Assembly: GCA_963635575.1 (NCBI GenBank)
Contig: CAVHFU010000004.1
Location: 1-61,894, forward strand
From: a bacterium
Lineage (GTDB): Bacteria > Bacillota > Clostridia > TANB77 > RGIG9151
Length of the DNA: 61,894 bases
Direction: 5' to 3'
Numbering within the stretch: position 1 is the stretch's first letter; the number at the start of each line of letters is the position of its first letter. The notes beneath the pieces are model-generated. The model was not told where the DNA came from, made no database searches, and saw only the letters and a program-made list of their open reading frames with translations. Position numbers and translations under genes: made by a program. Below, in pieces: positions 8,375 to 16,925 of the stretch.

Positions 8375-9892
8375 TTACACAATTACTAATGCTTTACCTA
8401 CGTCAAGCACATCAGGATTTTGCAAGTTATTTATTTTTGCTAAATTTTCTACGGTTGTGTAGAACTTTTTTGCGATTTTCCATAATGTATCGCCCGATTT
8501 TACGAAGTAAATTGTTATGCCTGTATTTATAATTGGAGCTTCTTCCATTTCGATTATATCGCGGAGTAAGGAGAGGCTATTTGATGAGTTTTTATAACCT
8601 GAAACTGTCATCGATATTTTTACATCGTATTTGTCCCCTCCGGCAGGTGTAACTTCAATGTTACTTATTGATACATTTTCTAAAATATCTATGTCACTAG
8701 ATAATACATGCTCTAATGGTATATCTAGGGAAACACTATTTTTTTTCCCGGTTGAAGGTACTGAATATAATATTGTTACATCTATTATTCCTTTTAGCAT
8801 ATTGTTGTCGTTTTCTTTTTCTAATGTTACATTTTTCAATCTAGCAAAAGGAACAAGAATTTTAACTTCGCTGTCTTCCGGTATCGATATTGAGTCACGA
8901 AGTGTCACATCCTCTGTTTGAATAGCTCCGTTTGTTTCATAATAAATTTCATCTTTTTGAGGAAGTAGTTTTTTTGTTGTGTCATATACATCCTCTATTA
9001 CGGTTATTTCATTATTTTGGAATACCTTTGCACTGGTTGCTATCTCTGCATCTATCTCGATAACTCTCATAAGCTCATCTGAGTCAGGTAGAATTTTTAG
9101 TGCAACATTTTTTATTGCATTGATTATTTTTGCCACATCATTTTCATTGATGTCGCGTATGTCTATGAATGTTGAAAAAGGTATAGTGGTTTCAAACGTG
9201 AATATTTCGTTTGAATTATCAGCGGTATAATAGATTTTTATATGGAAATCTGCTTTTACAATTATCTTCCCTTCTGATATAACTAAATCTTCATTTTCCA
9301 TAATACATTCGTATTTTACTATGTCTTTTATATCCGGTGAGTCCGTTCCTAACATTGCAGTATCTTTTAGAGTGGAATTATTTGATGTTTCGGCTAGAAA
9401 TGTTGAAACGGTTTGTGAAGATGTAAGGACTTTGGTTGTATCATTATTTCCTATAGATTCAATATAGTTTACTTTGTTTTGATTAGAGTATTTCAAATTT
9501 GCATTTAATTCTGCTGATACACTTAGTTTTCTGCCGTTTAGTATTAGAGAGGAAACTTTGACAGGGGATATAGTTAGATTTATACAGGATTCTGAGGTTA
9601 GGTCCTTTGCGGCAAATGTGTTTTTAAATGGTATTGATGTTGAAATGCGGATTATTTCACTTGGGCTGTCCGCCGAAACATAGAGGATATTAAACTCACA
9701 ATCTCCTGAAAATGTTATCTGTCCGGAGTTTACCGAGTAATCATTTATTACTGGTACGGTATCTACAAAAAGTACCGAATCGACATCCGGTTTTACGTCC
9801 GGAATTATGACGTCTCCTTCGATAAAGAATGAGTCATTTACTTCCGGATAAGTTTGATTTAATGTAATTGAATTTTGAGTTAAATCTATCAT
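8375..9892 (-). CDS. sipL: SPOCS (DUF3794)-domain protein with C-terminal LysM; SipL-like spore coat morphogenetic protein
   Basis: C-terminal LysM is YFVKSGDTLWKIAKKFYTTVENLAKINNL. At 505 aa, its size and architecture match clostridial SipL as I recall it. Confidence 0.7.
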   Translation of the reverse strand: MIDLTQNSITLNQTYPEVNDSFFIEGDVIIPDVKPDVDSVLFVDTVPVINDYSVNSGQITFSGDCEFNILYVSADSPSEIIRISTSIPFKNTFAAKDLTSESCINLTISPVKVSSLILNGRKLSVSAELNANLKYSNQNKVNYIESIGNNDTTKVLTSSQTVSTFLAETSNNSTLKDTAMLGTDSPDIKDIVKYECIMENEDLVISEGKIIVKADFHIKIYYTADNSNEIFTFETTIPFSTFIDIRDINENDVAKIINAIKNVALKILPDSDELMRVIEIDAEIATSAKVFQNNEITVIEDVYDTTKKLLPQKDEIYYETNGAIQTEDVTLRDSISIPEDSEVKILVPFARLKNVTLEKENDNNMLKGIIDVTILYSVPSTGKKNSVSLDIPLEHVLSSDIDILENVSISNIEVTPAGGDKYDVKISMTVSGYKNSSNSLSLLRDIIEMEEAPIINTGITIYFVKSGDTLWKIAKKFYTTVENLAKINNLQNPDVLDVGKALVIV

Positions 9893-10004
9893 AAGTCATC
9901 TCCATTCTGCCGATATTCGGCTTGTTTTTTCTAATGCAATTTATGACTTTACATCTTATTTTAGAACAAGTTATTGAAAAAAGAAAATATGGTGACGAAA
10001 AACG

Positions 10005-10033
10005 TTGACCATAATCGACTAACGTGATATAAT
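10005..10033 (+). promoter_or_regulatory. sigmaA-type promoter TTGACC-17-TGaTATAAT
   Basis: -35 at 10005-10010; extended -10 TG at 10025-10026; TATAAT at 10028-10033. Confidence 0.65.
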
Positions 10034-10112
10034 AAATAAGTTGATATCTGTATTTAATAGAAACATTTTTTTGTTTCTAAGTAATTCTTAATAAAATTAG
10101 GAGGAAATAACA

Positions 10113-11726
10113 ATGTTGAAGCCTTGGATTAAGGTTAGCTCTTTCGGAGGAGCCAACTCTGTTACCGGTTCTTGTCACATGATTACTGTGACAATAGATA
10201 AGTGGCAGTATCACTATTTAGTGGACTGTGGGATGTTCCAAGGGAGAATAGCACGGAAACAACCGGAGCTAAATTTTAACTTACGCCCATACGCTTGTGA
10301 CATCTCTGCGATTTTTGTGACGCATGCACACATTGATCATATTGGTAGGATTCCGGCTATGTATAAGTGGGGATATAGGAATCCCATTTACGCAACGGCA
10401 CCGGTTGTTGAACTTTCGGCGATTATGCTAGAGGACTCGGCGAAAATTCAACTAAAAGACTATTCAACGATGATTAAGAAGGAACTCTCCAAGAAGTACC
10501 GAGGAGAAGAGTATAAGGAAGTTGAGTTACTGTATGAACTTTCAGACGCAGTTGACGTAATGGCTCAATTTGTGCCTGTTGAAAGAGAAAAGGAAATAGA
10601 AGTGACCCCGTTTTTGACGGTTACGTTTTATGACGTTGGTCACGGATTAGGTTCTTCTGCCATTAAGCTAAGCTTTAATAATGGAGAGGAAACTTGCAAT
10701 CTACTTTTCTCCGGCGACTTAGGTAATCTTAGCAACCCGATACTTAAAACTCCGGAATATGGGTACCATTATGATATTGATGCCGTTTTTGTCGAAACTA
10801 CTTATGCGGGACGATTCCATGATTCTCAAGAAAAAAACTGGGGGATTGTTCGTAAGGAAATTGCGGAAACTATCTTAGCCGGTGGTAGAGTTATAGTACC
10901 AGCGTTTGCGGTTGGAAGAACCCAAGAGCTACTGTACCTTTTCTATGAAGACATGACCAAAAATGACGACTACGTTTCGGAGATTTTTAGGAAGACGAAA
11001 TTTTATGTGGATTCTATGCTAGCAGTAGCAGCAACAAGAGTTTTCATGAAATTTCCGGAAGAGTTCAACTCTAAAATTAGGGAAATGGCAGAAAACAACA
11101 AGAGTCCATTTTACTTCTCTAATCTAGAGTTGGTTGAACTTAAAGAAAGGAGTATAGAACTCCAAAACAGCAGAGAGCCATGCATCATTATTTCGGCAGC
11201 CGGAATGTGTGACGCGGGGCGCGTAATCTTTCACCTAAAAGAGGCTATTGAGAAGCCGAAGAACTTAGTAGTTCTTACGGGATACCAAAGCGAAGGAACT
11301 TTAGGTAGGAGGCTTATTAATGGCGAGAAAATAGTAAACATTGCTAAAAAGCAATGCCATGTGTGTGCCAAGATTACTTCTATCAATACTCTTTCGGGGC
11401 ATGCGGATCAAAATGGCATTATAAATTGGCTCAGAAGCATCGAACCAGGTTATGAATTGTTTTTAATTCATGGTGAACCAGAGGTTCAGCAAGAATTTAA
11501 AAGTTTTTTGGAAAAAGTTTGTGGGATTGATGTTGTACGTTGCTTCAAGAAAATTGATGAGGAACCACAAGTGGAAAGACGAAAGAAAGGAAAAAGCAAT
11601 GAGTTTGGCCGAAAGAAAGAAATACTACTGCTCGAAGAGCAGTTAGAGGATATTGAAGACTTAGGTTGCGAAGGCTTAAGGAATAAGATTTCTAAAGAGA
11701 TGAAGGAGGTTAAACATAGACACTAA
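10113..11726 (+). CDS. beta-CASP family MBL-fold ribonuclease (CPSF73/RNase J-like) with K/E-rich C-terminal tail
   Basis: THAHIDH (HxHxDH), VGHGLG, SGDLG, ETTYAG (motif A), SGHAD (motif B), IHGE (motif C). Confidence 0.85.
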   Translation: MLKPWIKVSSFGGANSVTGSCHMITVTIDKWQYHYLVDCGMFQGRIARKQPELNFNLRPYACDISAIFVTHAHIDHIGRIPAMYKWGYRNPIYATAPVVELSAIMLEDSAKIQLKDYSTMIKKELSKKYRGEEYKEVELLYELSDAVDVMAQFVPVEREKEIEVTPFLTVTFYDVGHGLGSSAIKLSFNNGEETCNLLFSGDLGNLSNPILKTPEYGYHYDIDAVFVETTYAGRFHDSQEKNWGIVRKEIAETILAGGRVIVPAFAVGRTQELLYLFYEDMTKNDDYVSEIFRKTKFYVDSMLAVAATRVFMKFPEEFNSKIREMAENNKSPFYFSNLELVELKERSIELQNSREPCIIISAAGMCDAGRVIFHLKEAIEKPKNLVVLTGYQSEGTLGRRLINGEKIVNIAKKQCHVCAKITSINTLSGHADQNGIINWLRSIEPGYELFLIHGEPEVQQEFKSFLEKVCGIDVVRCFKKIDEEPQVERRKKGKSNEFGRKKEILLLEEQLEDIEDLGCEGLRNKISKEMKEVKHRH

Positions 11727-11766
11727 AAAAATCTCCACCCTATACGTTGGGTGGAGATTTTTTTTA
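11725..11766. terminator. bidirectional terminator
   Basis: AAAAAAATCTCCACCC-N8-GGGTGGAGATTTTTTT. Confidence 0.85.
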
Positions 11767-12012
11767 GTTGTTTTTTTTGTGCTGCAACTCCATGCGAAGT
11801 TCTGCCATTTTGTAAATCCCATATTTTTTATTTGCGTATGTTTTGACTTCCTCTACACTCAGGCCATTACAGAACCCCAAAACGATTTGCTGCATTTGAT
11901 CCCAAGTAAAATCGGGATCAGCATACAGCTCGAGTTGCTCATCTGTCAGTCCCATTTCCTTTCCAAATCTGATTTGGATCTCTTGTCTTTCATTGTACTT
12001 CTTTTCTTCCAT
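11764..12012 (-). CDS. hypothetical 82-aa acidic protein
   Basis: Protein-like composition and a terminator downstream. GGAGGA lies 4 nt before the second ATG (12012); the track start is 12024. The opposite-strand ORF looks like junk. Confidence 0.6.
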   Translation of the reverse strand: MEEKKYNERQEIQIRFGKEMGLTDEQLELYADPDFTWDQMQQIVLGFCNGLSVEEVKTYANKKYGIYKMAELRMELQHKKNN

Positions 12013-12223
12013 AACTTCCTCCATAAGTAGATTTTGGAATTTTCTTTTGCCAATTAGGTAAAAGGGAATATAAGCACGTCAGTTAACATATTATATCACG
12101 TTTTTGTAATTATTGTCAACTTTCTTCGCTAAATCAAAAAAATCGCAAATTAAAATTATTATTTATTTAATCTTTATCTTTGTGTATAAATATGATAGAG
12201 TGTGTAGTGGAGGAGATGATTAA

Positions 12224-15200
12224 ATGAGTAATAATTTTTTTACCCAAAAGAACCTGATAATTATAGGTGTCGTGGTTTTTTGCATAATTTTAATTGGTAG
12301 CATTTTCTCAGTAATATACGTTAAAAATAACATAATAGATAATTTAAATTTTGAAGTGGTAGCTGAAAAATCTACTGATTTTGGAATTGAAACCGAAAAT
12401 AATTTTATAATCACTTCAGAAAAGAATTATTCTGCAAGAACTTTGAAAAAAGTTATTGCATTAAACCCTAGTATTGATTTTAGCTTGGACAAGGTAGATA
12501 GTAATACTTACGTACTTACTCCGAGTGATAAATTAAAAGATGATTCAATTTATAATGTTTACATATCTATTGACGGTGAAAAGATAGATAAATCATGGGC
12601 ATTCCAAACCAAAGCGGATTTTAAGGTAGTATCTACATTACCTACATCTAATGTTAGCAATGTAAACAAAAATACTGCGATAGTGATGAATTTTTCCAAA
12701 CCAATTACAAATATAGATGGCTTTTTTGAGATATCTCCTAAAGTTAGTGGAAATTTTGAATATAGAGAAAAAAATGTGGTTTTTAAACCCGAATCGTTAG
12801 ATTTAGATACCATTTATGAGGTGACATTAAAAAAAGGCCTAAAAAATGTGTATGGGGAAGAACTTTTGGAGGACTATACTTTTTCTTTTAGAACGGAATA
12901 TAATAATTATAATTATTTTGCGTTCGTAGATGGCTATGAAAGCACATTTAGGGCCGATGAAATACCGGATATAAAAATTTCTAGTAGTGAAAAATATCAT
13001 TATTCCGAATTTGACATTAATCTCTATAAATTAAATAATTTGCAGGAATATGTTAATTTCCTTGAAATACATCATAATGAAGTAAATTCTGAAATTGGAG
13101 AAGATACTGACCACATATTTGATATGTCTAAATATTCGGTGGCATATAGCTTTAAAGGTAAGGTAGAAGAATATCCTAATTCGTGGATAGAGTATATAAA
13201 ATTCCCGGATACATTAGAAACTGGATGGTATATTGCAGATGCTAGGGCTACGGCATGGGATTTCCATTTTCAAAAGGCAATTCAAATTAGCGACGTTTCG
13301 GTTTATACTTATGGCTTAAACGGTGAAGTTAAGATATGGTGTAATGATACAGATACGGGGACGCCACTATCCGGTGCAACTGTTCAAGTGGGCGATTTAG
13401 CAGCTATCACGAATAAAGATGGTATTGCATCATTCAGCTTAACAGATTCTAACAAGCAAAGAATTCTTATCACGACCAAAGAAGGAAAAGAATTTGGAGA
13501 ATATATGTCTTTAGTTGACAAAGACGAAAGTGACTTAGTAGACGACTACTATACATATCTATATACAGATAGAGAAAGATATTTCCCTACTGATACAATT
13601 AATTTTTGGGGTACTATAATTCCCAAAAAATCTACTATAAATATGCCTGAAAAAGTTACTGTTAAATTGGACGAAAAAGAAATTGAAGTTAAGGTAAATG
13701 AAAATGGTATGTTTTTCGGAAAATATGAAATTTCAAACCATACAAGCACATGGTTATATGTTAATTTAGAATTGAACGGAAAAGAAGATTATATAAAGGG
13801 AATTGAAATAGTGGATTATATTAAACCTGTGTATAAGATAACTTCTAATTTTGATAAAGAGTATTACAGGGGAACTGAACCTATTAATTTAAATGTTTAT
13901 GGAAAGTTTTATGATGGAACTTCTGCTGAAAATTTACAACTTAAAGTTTCGTATAATGGTAAAAAGAATAAAACAGTTACGCTAGATTCAAACGGAGAAG
14001 GAAAGGTAAGAATAGACTATAATTCCTCTACGAAAGATGGAGACTACGGCTATGCTTACGCAAATATAGAAGTGGCAGGAATTGATGAGTACGCTTCTAG
14101 CTATAATTCAGTTCCTTATTTTCCAACTGATTATAGCATTAGGACTGACTGGGACAGCCAAGATGAAAAGTTAAAATTAAAAACAAATAAATATAACTAT
14201 GATGCAATAGAAAATGGTGTATTAAATTATTATAAACTATATGAAGGAGAGTCATTTGATCAAAAGGTATATATTGATATTTATGAACTGGAAAGCGTAA
14301 AAACTAAAGTTGGTGAATCTTACAATGCGTATACAGGATTATTAGAGCCTAAATATAAATATGACCATGTTGAAAATATAATTTCAAATATAGAAGTAAA
14401 TATTGGGAAAGACAAAGAAGAGTTTTTAGATTTAGCTAGTATAGCAAGGAGAGACAATTGTACATATGAGGCACGTATTAGTTTTGTCCTTCCTGACGGA
14501 TATGCCGGGCAAAAAATTGTGCAATTATTTAAATATTCTAATTTCAATTCTAATTCTGATAATTACTATTTTAGACGTGATGATAACTACAAAGCATTAA
14601 AAATGGGCGAAAGCACAACACTAATGTTTACTGGAAAAGAACTTCCTCAAAATTTCAGAATGATTTATTTCGTTTCAACAGATAAGGTTAATACAATGGG
14701 AGTTACTACAAGTAATAGTGTAAAAGTAACTATGGCAAAGGATTTAGTACCTAATTGCTTAGTAAATGCTGCTGTGTTTGACGGAAAGAGGTTACAGGAA
14801 ATAGGCACGGAGTATTTAATGTATGACACTTCTGAAAAAGAATTGGATATTGAGATATTAACTGATAAAGATGTTTATAAACCTGGTGACACAGTACGGG
14901 TAAACATTCTGGTTAAAGATAGTACGGGTGCACCTGTAAAAACAGAAATGGTAGTTAGTGCAGTTAATGAGGCTACTTATGAAAATGAATATTATGATAC
15001 GCCTATTAGCCTTTTATATAAGGAAAGATATCATTATCCAAAAACTTTTATAAGTAATTATTATCAGAACTTTGAAGGTGGAGACGGCGGTGGAGGAGGT
15101 GAAGAAGCAAGAGAAAAATTCGTGGATGTTCTTTTGTTTAAGCCTATAACCACTAACGAGAATGGTAAGGCAACAGTAGAATTTACTACGTCAGATGACC

Positions 15201-16912
15201 TAACTTCTTGGAGAATAACCGCTGTTGCTGTTTCTAAAGATGTTAAAGGTGGCATAAAAACAAAAAATGTGTCTGCTTCTATCCCATTCTTTATAAATCA
15301 GGTTATTAATGAAAAGTATACAGTAAATGATGATGTAGTATTTAGTTTAAGAGCTGCTGGAAATGCAACAAAGCTTATAAGCAGTAACGTAAAATATGAA
15401 GCTAAAATAGAAGGTAAAGATAGTAAGGAACTAGTTTTACAACCTTCAAAGACAGCAATGTTTAACTTCGGAAAACTTCCTATTGGTAAGTATAAGGTTA
15501 GCGTTAAAGCAGAGAGTGGAGAGTATAGTGATGCGATAAATAAAGAAATTGAGGTTGTAGAATCTAATAGTGAATTATCTATTGTGAAGATTGTTGACAT
15601 CTCTGAGTTATCTAGCATTGAAGCGTTAAAATATCCGATTAAATTAATGTTCTTTGATAAAGATAATGGATTAGCTTATAAATCACTTAAGAAAGTAATT
15701 GAGCAGAGTAATGGTGGAACTAATGAGCAAATTTTTGCTAAAAATAGTGCATACGAGCTATTAAATGAGTTTTACGGAAAAGAAGTTTATAGTGTGGACT
15801 CTAAAGTGATATTACAAAATTATACTGGAGGAATTTCTAAATTTTCATACACATCGGAAGATCCGCTTATAACTGCAAATATTTGTATGATAAATGCTGA
15901 TAAGATAGATAATAAAAAGGCTATTGAATATTTTTATAGAATAGTAAATGCTTCTGACTCAATGCCGAATGATGTTACGGCATCATATATGGGATTAGCT
16001 GCATTAAAGCAGCCTGTTTTAAATGATATAAAATATTTATTAAATAGCGATAACGGATTAGAATTAATTGATAAAATAAACTTGATTTCAGCTTTAGCGT
16101 ACATTGGAGATTATGCTTCAGCACAGAAATATTACGAAAAAAGTATCGAAGGAATAATGACTGCGGACAAGGAATATAAATACATAGGAAGTGATTACGA
16201 AACGGCTGTCTATAAGGCTAATTCAAGATTACTTACAACTCTTGCATTAACAAATCATGTTGATTTTAAGAATGTATTAAATTATGTACTTGATAATTCT
16301 GCAGACGATTATATTTCAGCCCTAGACTTATTGGTAGCAATAAATAATTATATGCCGATTAAAGATACTAAGTCTTGGATGGAATATGAACTAAACGGAG
16401 AAACGATAAAAGTTAATTTTGCAGATAAGAGATTAGAAGTTTTGACTTTAGATGAAAATGAAATGAAAACTTTTAGCGTAAAACGTAGCAATGGCGATAT
16501 TGAAGTGATGGTTGAATATGTTGGAGGAGTTTCTGAAATTTCTAATATTTCCGATAAAGTTAAAATCAAGAAGACTGTAACTAGCGGAAAGCTTGGAGAT
16601 TACTCGGATGTAACTTTAGAAGTATTTGTATTAGATGATAAGGAGGAATATTACTTAATAACAGATTTTATCCCATTATCATCGCGTTATGCAAAAGCCG
16701 AAAGTTCATATAACGGCGGCTATTATTATATGGGGTATGAAAACCAAAAAATCAACTTTAATATTAATTCCAAAAAACATAAGAATTGGACAATAAAGTA
16801 TAAAATAAGAAATGTATTTTCAGGAGAATTCTTGATGGAGAGTGCATTTGCAACAGATTCAAACGGCATGATTGTCGGGAAATCAAATGATTTAAAATTT
16901 AATGTAGAGTAA
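12224..16912 (+). CDS. alpha-2-macroglobulin family protein, N-terminally membrane-anchored, without a CxEQ thioester motif
   Basis: N-terminal TM, then Ig-like/MG-type repeats. REKFVDVLLFKPITTNENGKATVEFTTSDDLTSWRITAVA matches the A2M domain signature (R..F.dT..W....Td..G.a...f..pDnlTtWr). GGTNEQ sits where GCGEQ is expected. Confidence 0.8.
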   Translation: MSNNFFTQKNLIIIGVVVFCIILIGSIFSVIYVKNNIIDNLNFEVVAEKSTDFGIETENNFIITSEKNYSARTLKKVIALNPSIDFSLDKVDSNTYVLTPSDKLKDDSIYNVYISIDGEKIDKSWAFQTKADFKVVSTLPTSNVSNVNKNTAIVMNFSKPITNIDGFFEISPKVSGNFEYREKNVVFKPESLDLDTIYEVTLKKGLKNVYGEELLEDYTFSFRTEYNNYNYFAFVDGYESTFRADEIPDIKISSSEKYHYSEFDINLYKLNNLQEYVNFLEIHHNEVNSEIGEDTDHIFDMSKYSVAYSFKGKVEEYPNSWIEYIKFPDTLETGWYIADARATAWDFHFQKAIQISDVSVYTYGLNGEVKIWCNDTDTGTPLSGATVQVGDLAAITNKDGIASFSLTDSNKQRILITTKEGKEFGEYMSLVDKDESDLVDDYYTYLYTDRERYFPTDTINFWGTIIPKKSTINMPEKVTVKLDEKEIEVKVNENGMFFGKYEISNHTSTWLYVNLELNGKEDYIKGIEIVDYIKPVYKITSNFDKEYYRGTEPINLNVYGKFYDGTSAENLQLKVSYNGKKNKTVTLDSNGEGKVRIDYNSSTKDGDYGYAYANIEVAGIDEYASSYNSVPYFPTDYSIRTDWDSQDEKLKLKTNKYNYDAIENGVLNYYKLYEGESFDQKVYIDIYELESVKTKVGESYNAYTGLLEPKYKYDHVENIISNIEVNIGKDKEEFLDLASIARRDNCTYEARISFVLPDGYAGQKIVQLFKYSNFNSNSDNYYFRRDDNYKALKMGESTTLMFTGKELPQNFRMIYFVSTDKVNTMGVTTSNSVKVTMAKDLVPNCLVNAAVFDGKRLQEIGTEYLMYDTSEKELDIEILTDKDVYKPGDTVRVNILVKDSTGAPVKTEMVVSAVNEATYENEYYDTPISLLYKERYHYPKTFISNYYQNFEGGDGGGGGEEAREKFVDVLLFKPITTNENGKATVEFTTSDDLTSWRITAVAVSKDVKGGIKTKNVSASIPFFINQVINEKYTVNDDVVFSLRAAGNATKLISSNVKYEAKIEGKDSKELVLQPSKTAMFNFGKLPIGKYKVSVKAESGEYSDAINKEIEVVESNSELSIVKIVDISELSSIEALKYPIKLMFFDKDNGLAYKSLKKVIEQSNGGTNEQIFAKNSAYELLNEFYGKEVYSVDSKVILQNYTGGISKFSYTSEDPLITANICMINADKIDNKKAIEYFYRIVNASDSMPNDVTASYMGLAALKQPVLNDIKYLLNSDNGLELIDKINLISALAYIGDYASAQKYYEKSIEGIMTADKEYKYIGSDYETAVYKANSRLLTTLALTNHVDFKNVLNYVLDNSADDYISALDLLVAINNYMPIKDTKSWMEYELNGETIKVNFADKRLEVLTLDENEMKTFSVKRSNGDIEVMVEYVGGVSEISNISDKVKIKKTVTSGKLGDYSDVTLEVFVLDDKEEYYLITDFIPLSSRYAKAESSYNGGYYYMGYENQKINFNINSKKHKNWTIKYKIRNVFSGEFLMESAFATDSNGMIVGKSNDLKFNVE

Positions 16913-16925
16913 AGGAGAGACGTAA

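Noticed and set aside
8631-9230. Two + strand ORFs (96 and 83 aa) inside the sipL-like gene
   Set aside because: They are shadow ORFs antisense to a gene with a clear LysM domain.
11779-12030. 83-aa + strand ORF opposite the 82-aa acidic ORF
   Set aside because: It has a hydrophobic, low-complexity junk sequence, starts inside the terminator and has no RBS. The minus-strand reading has a GGAGGA RBS and a terminator.
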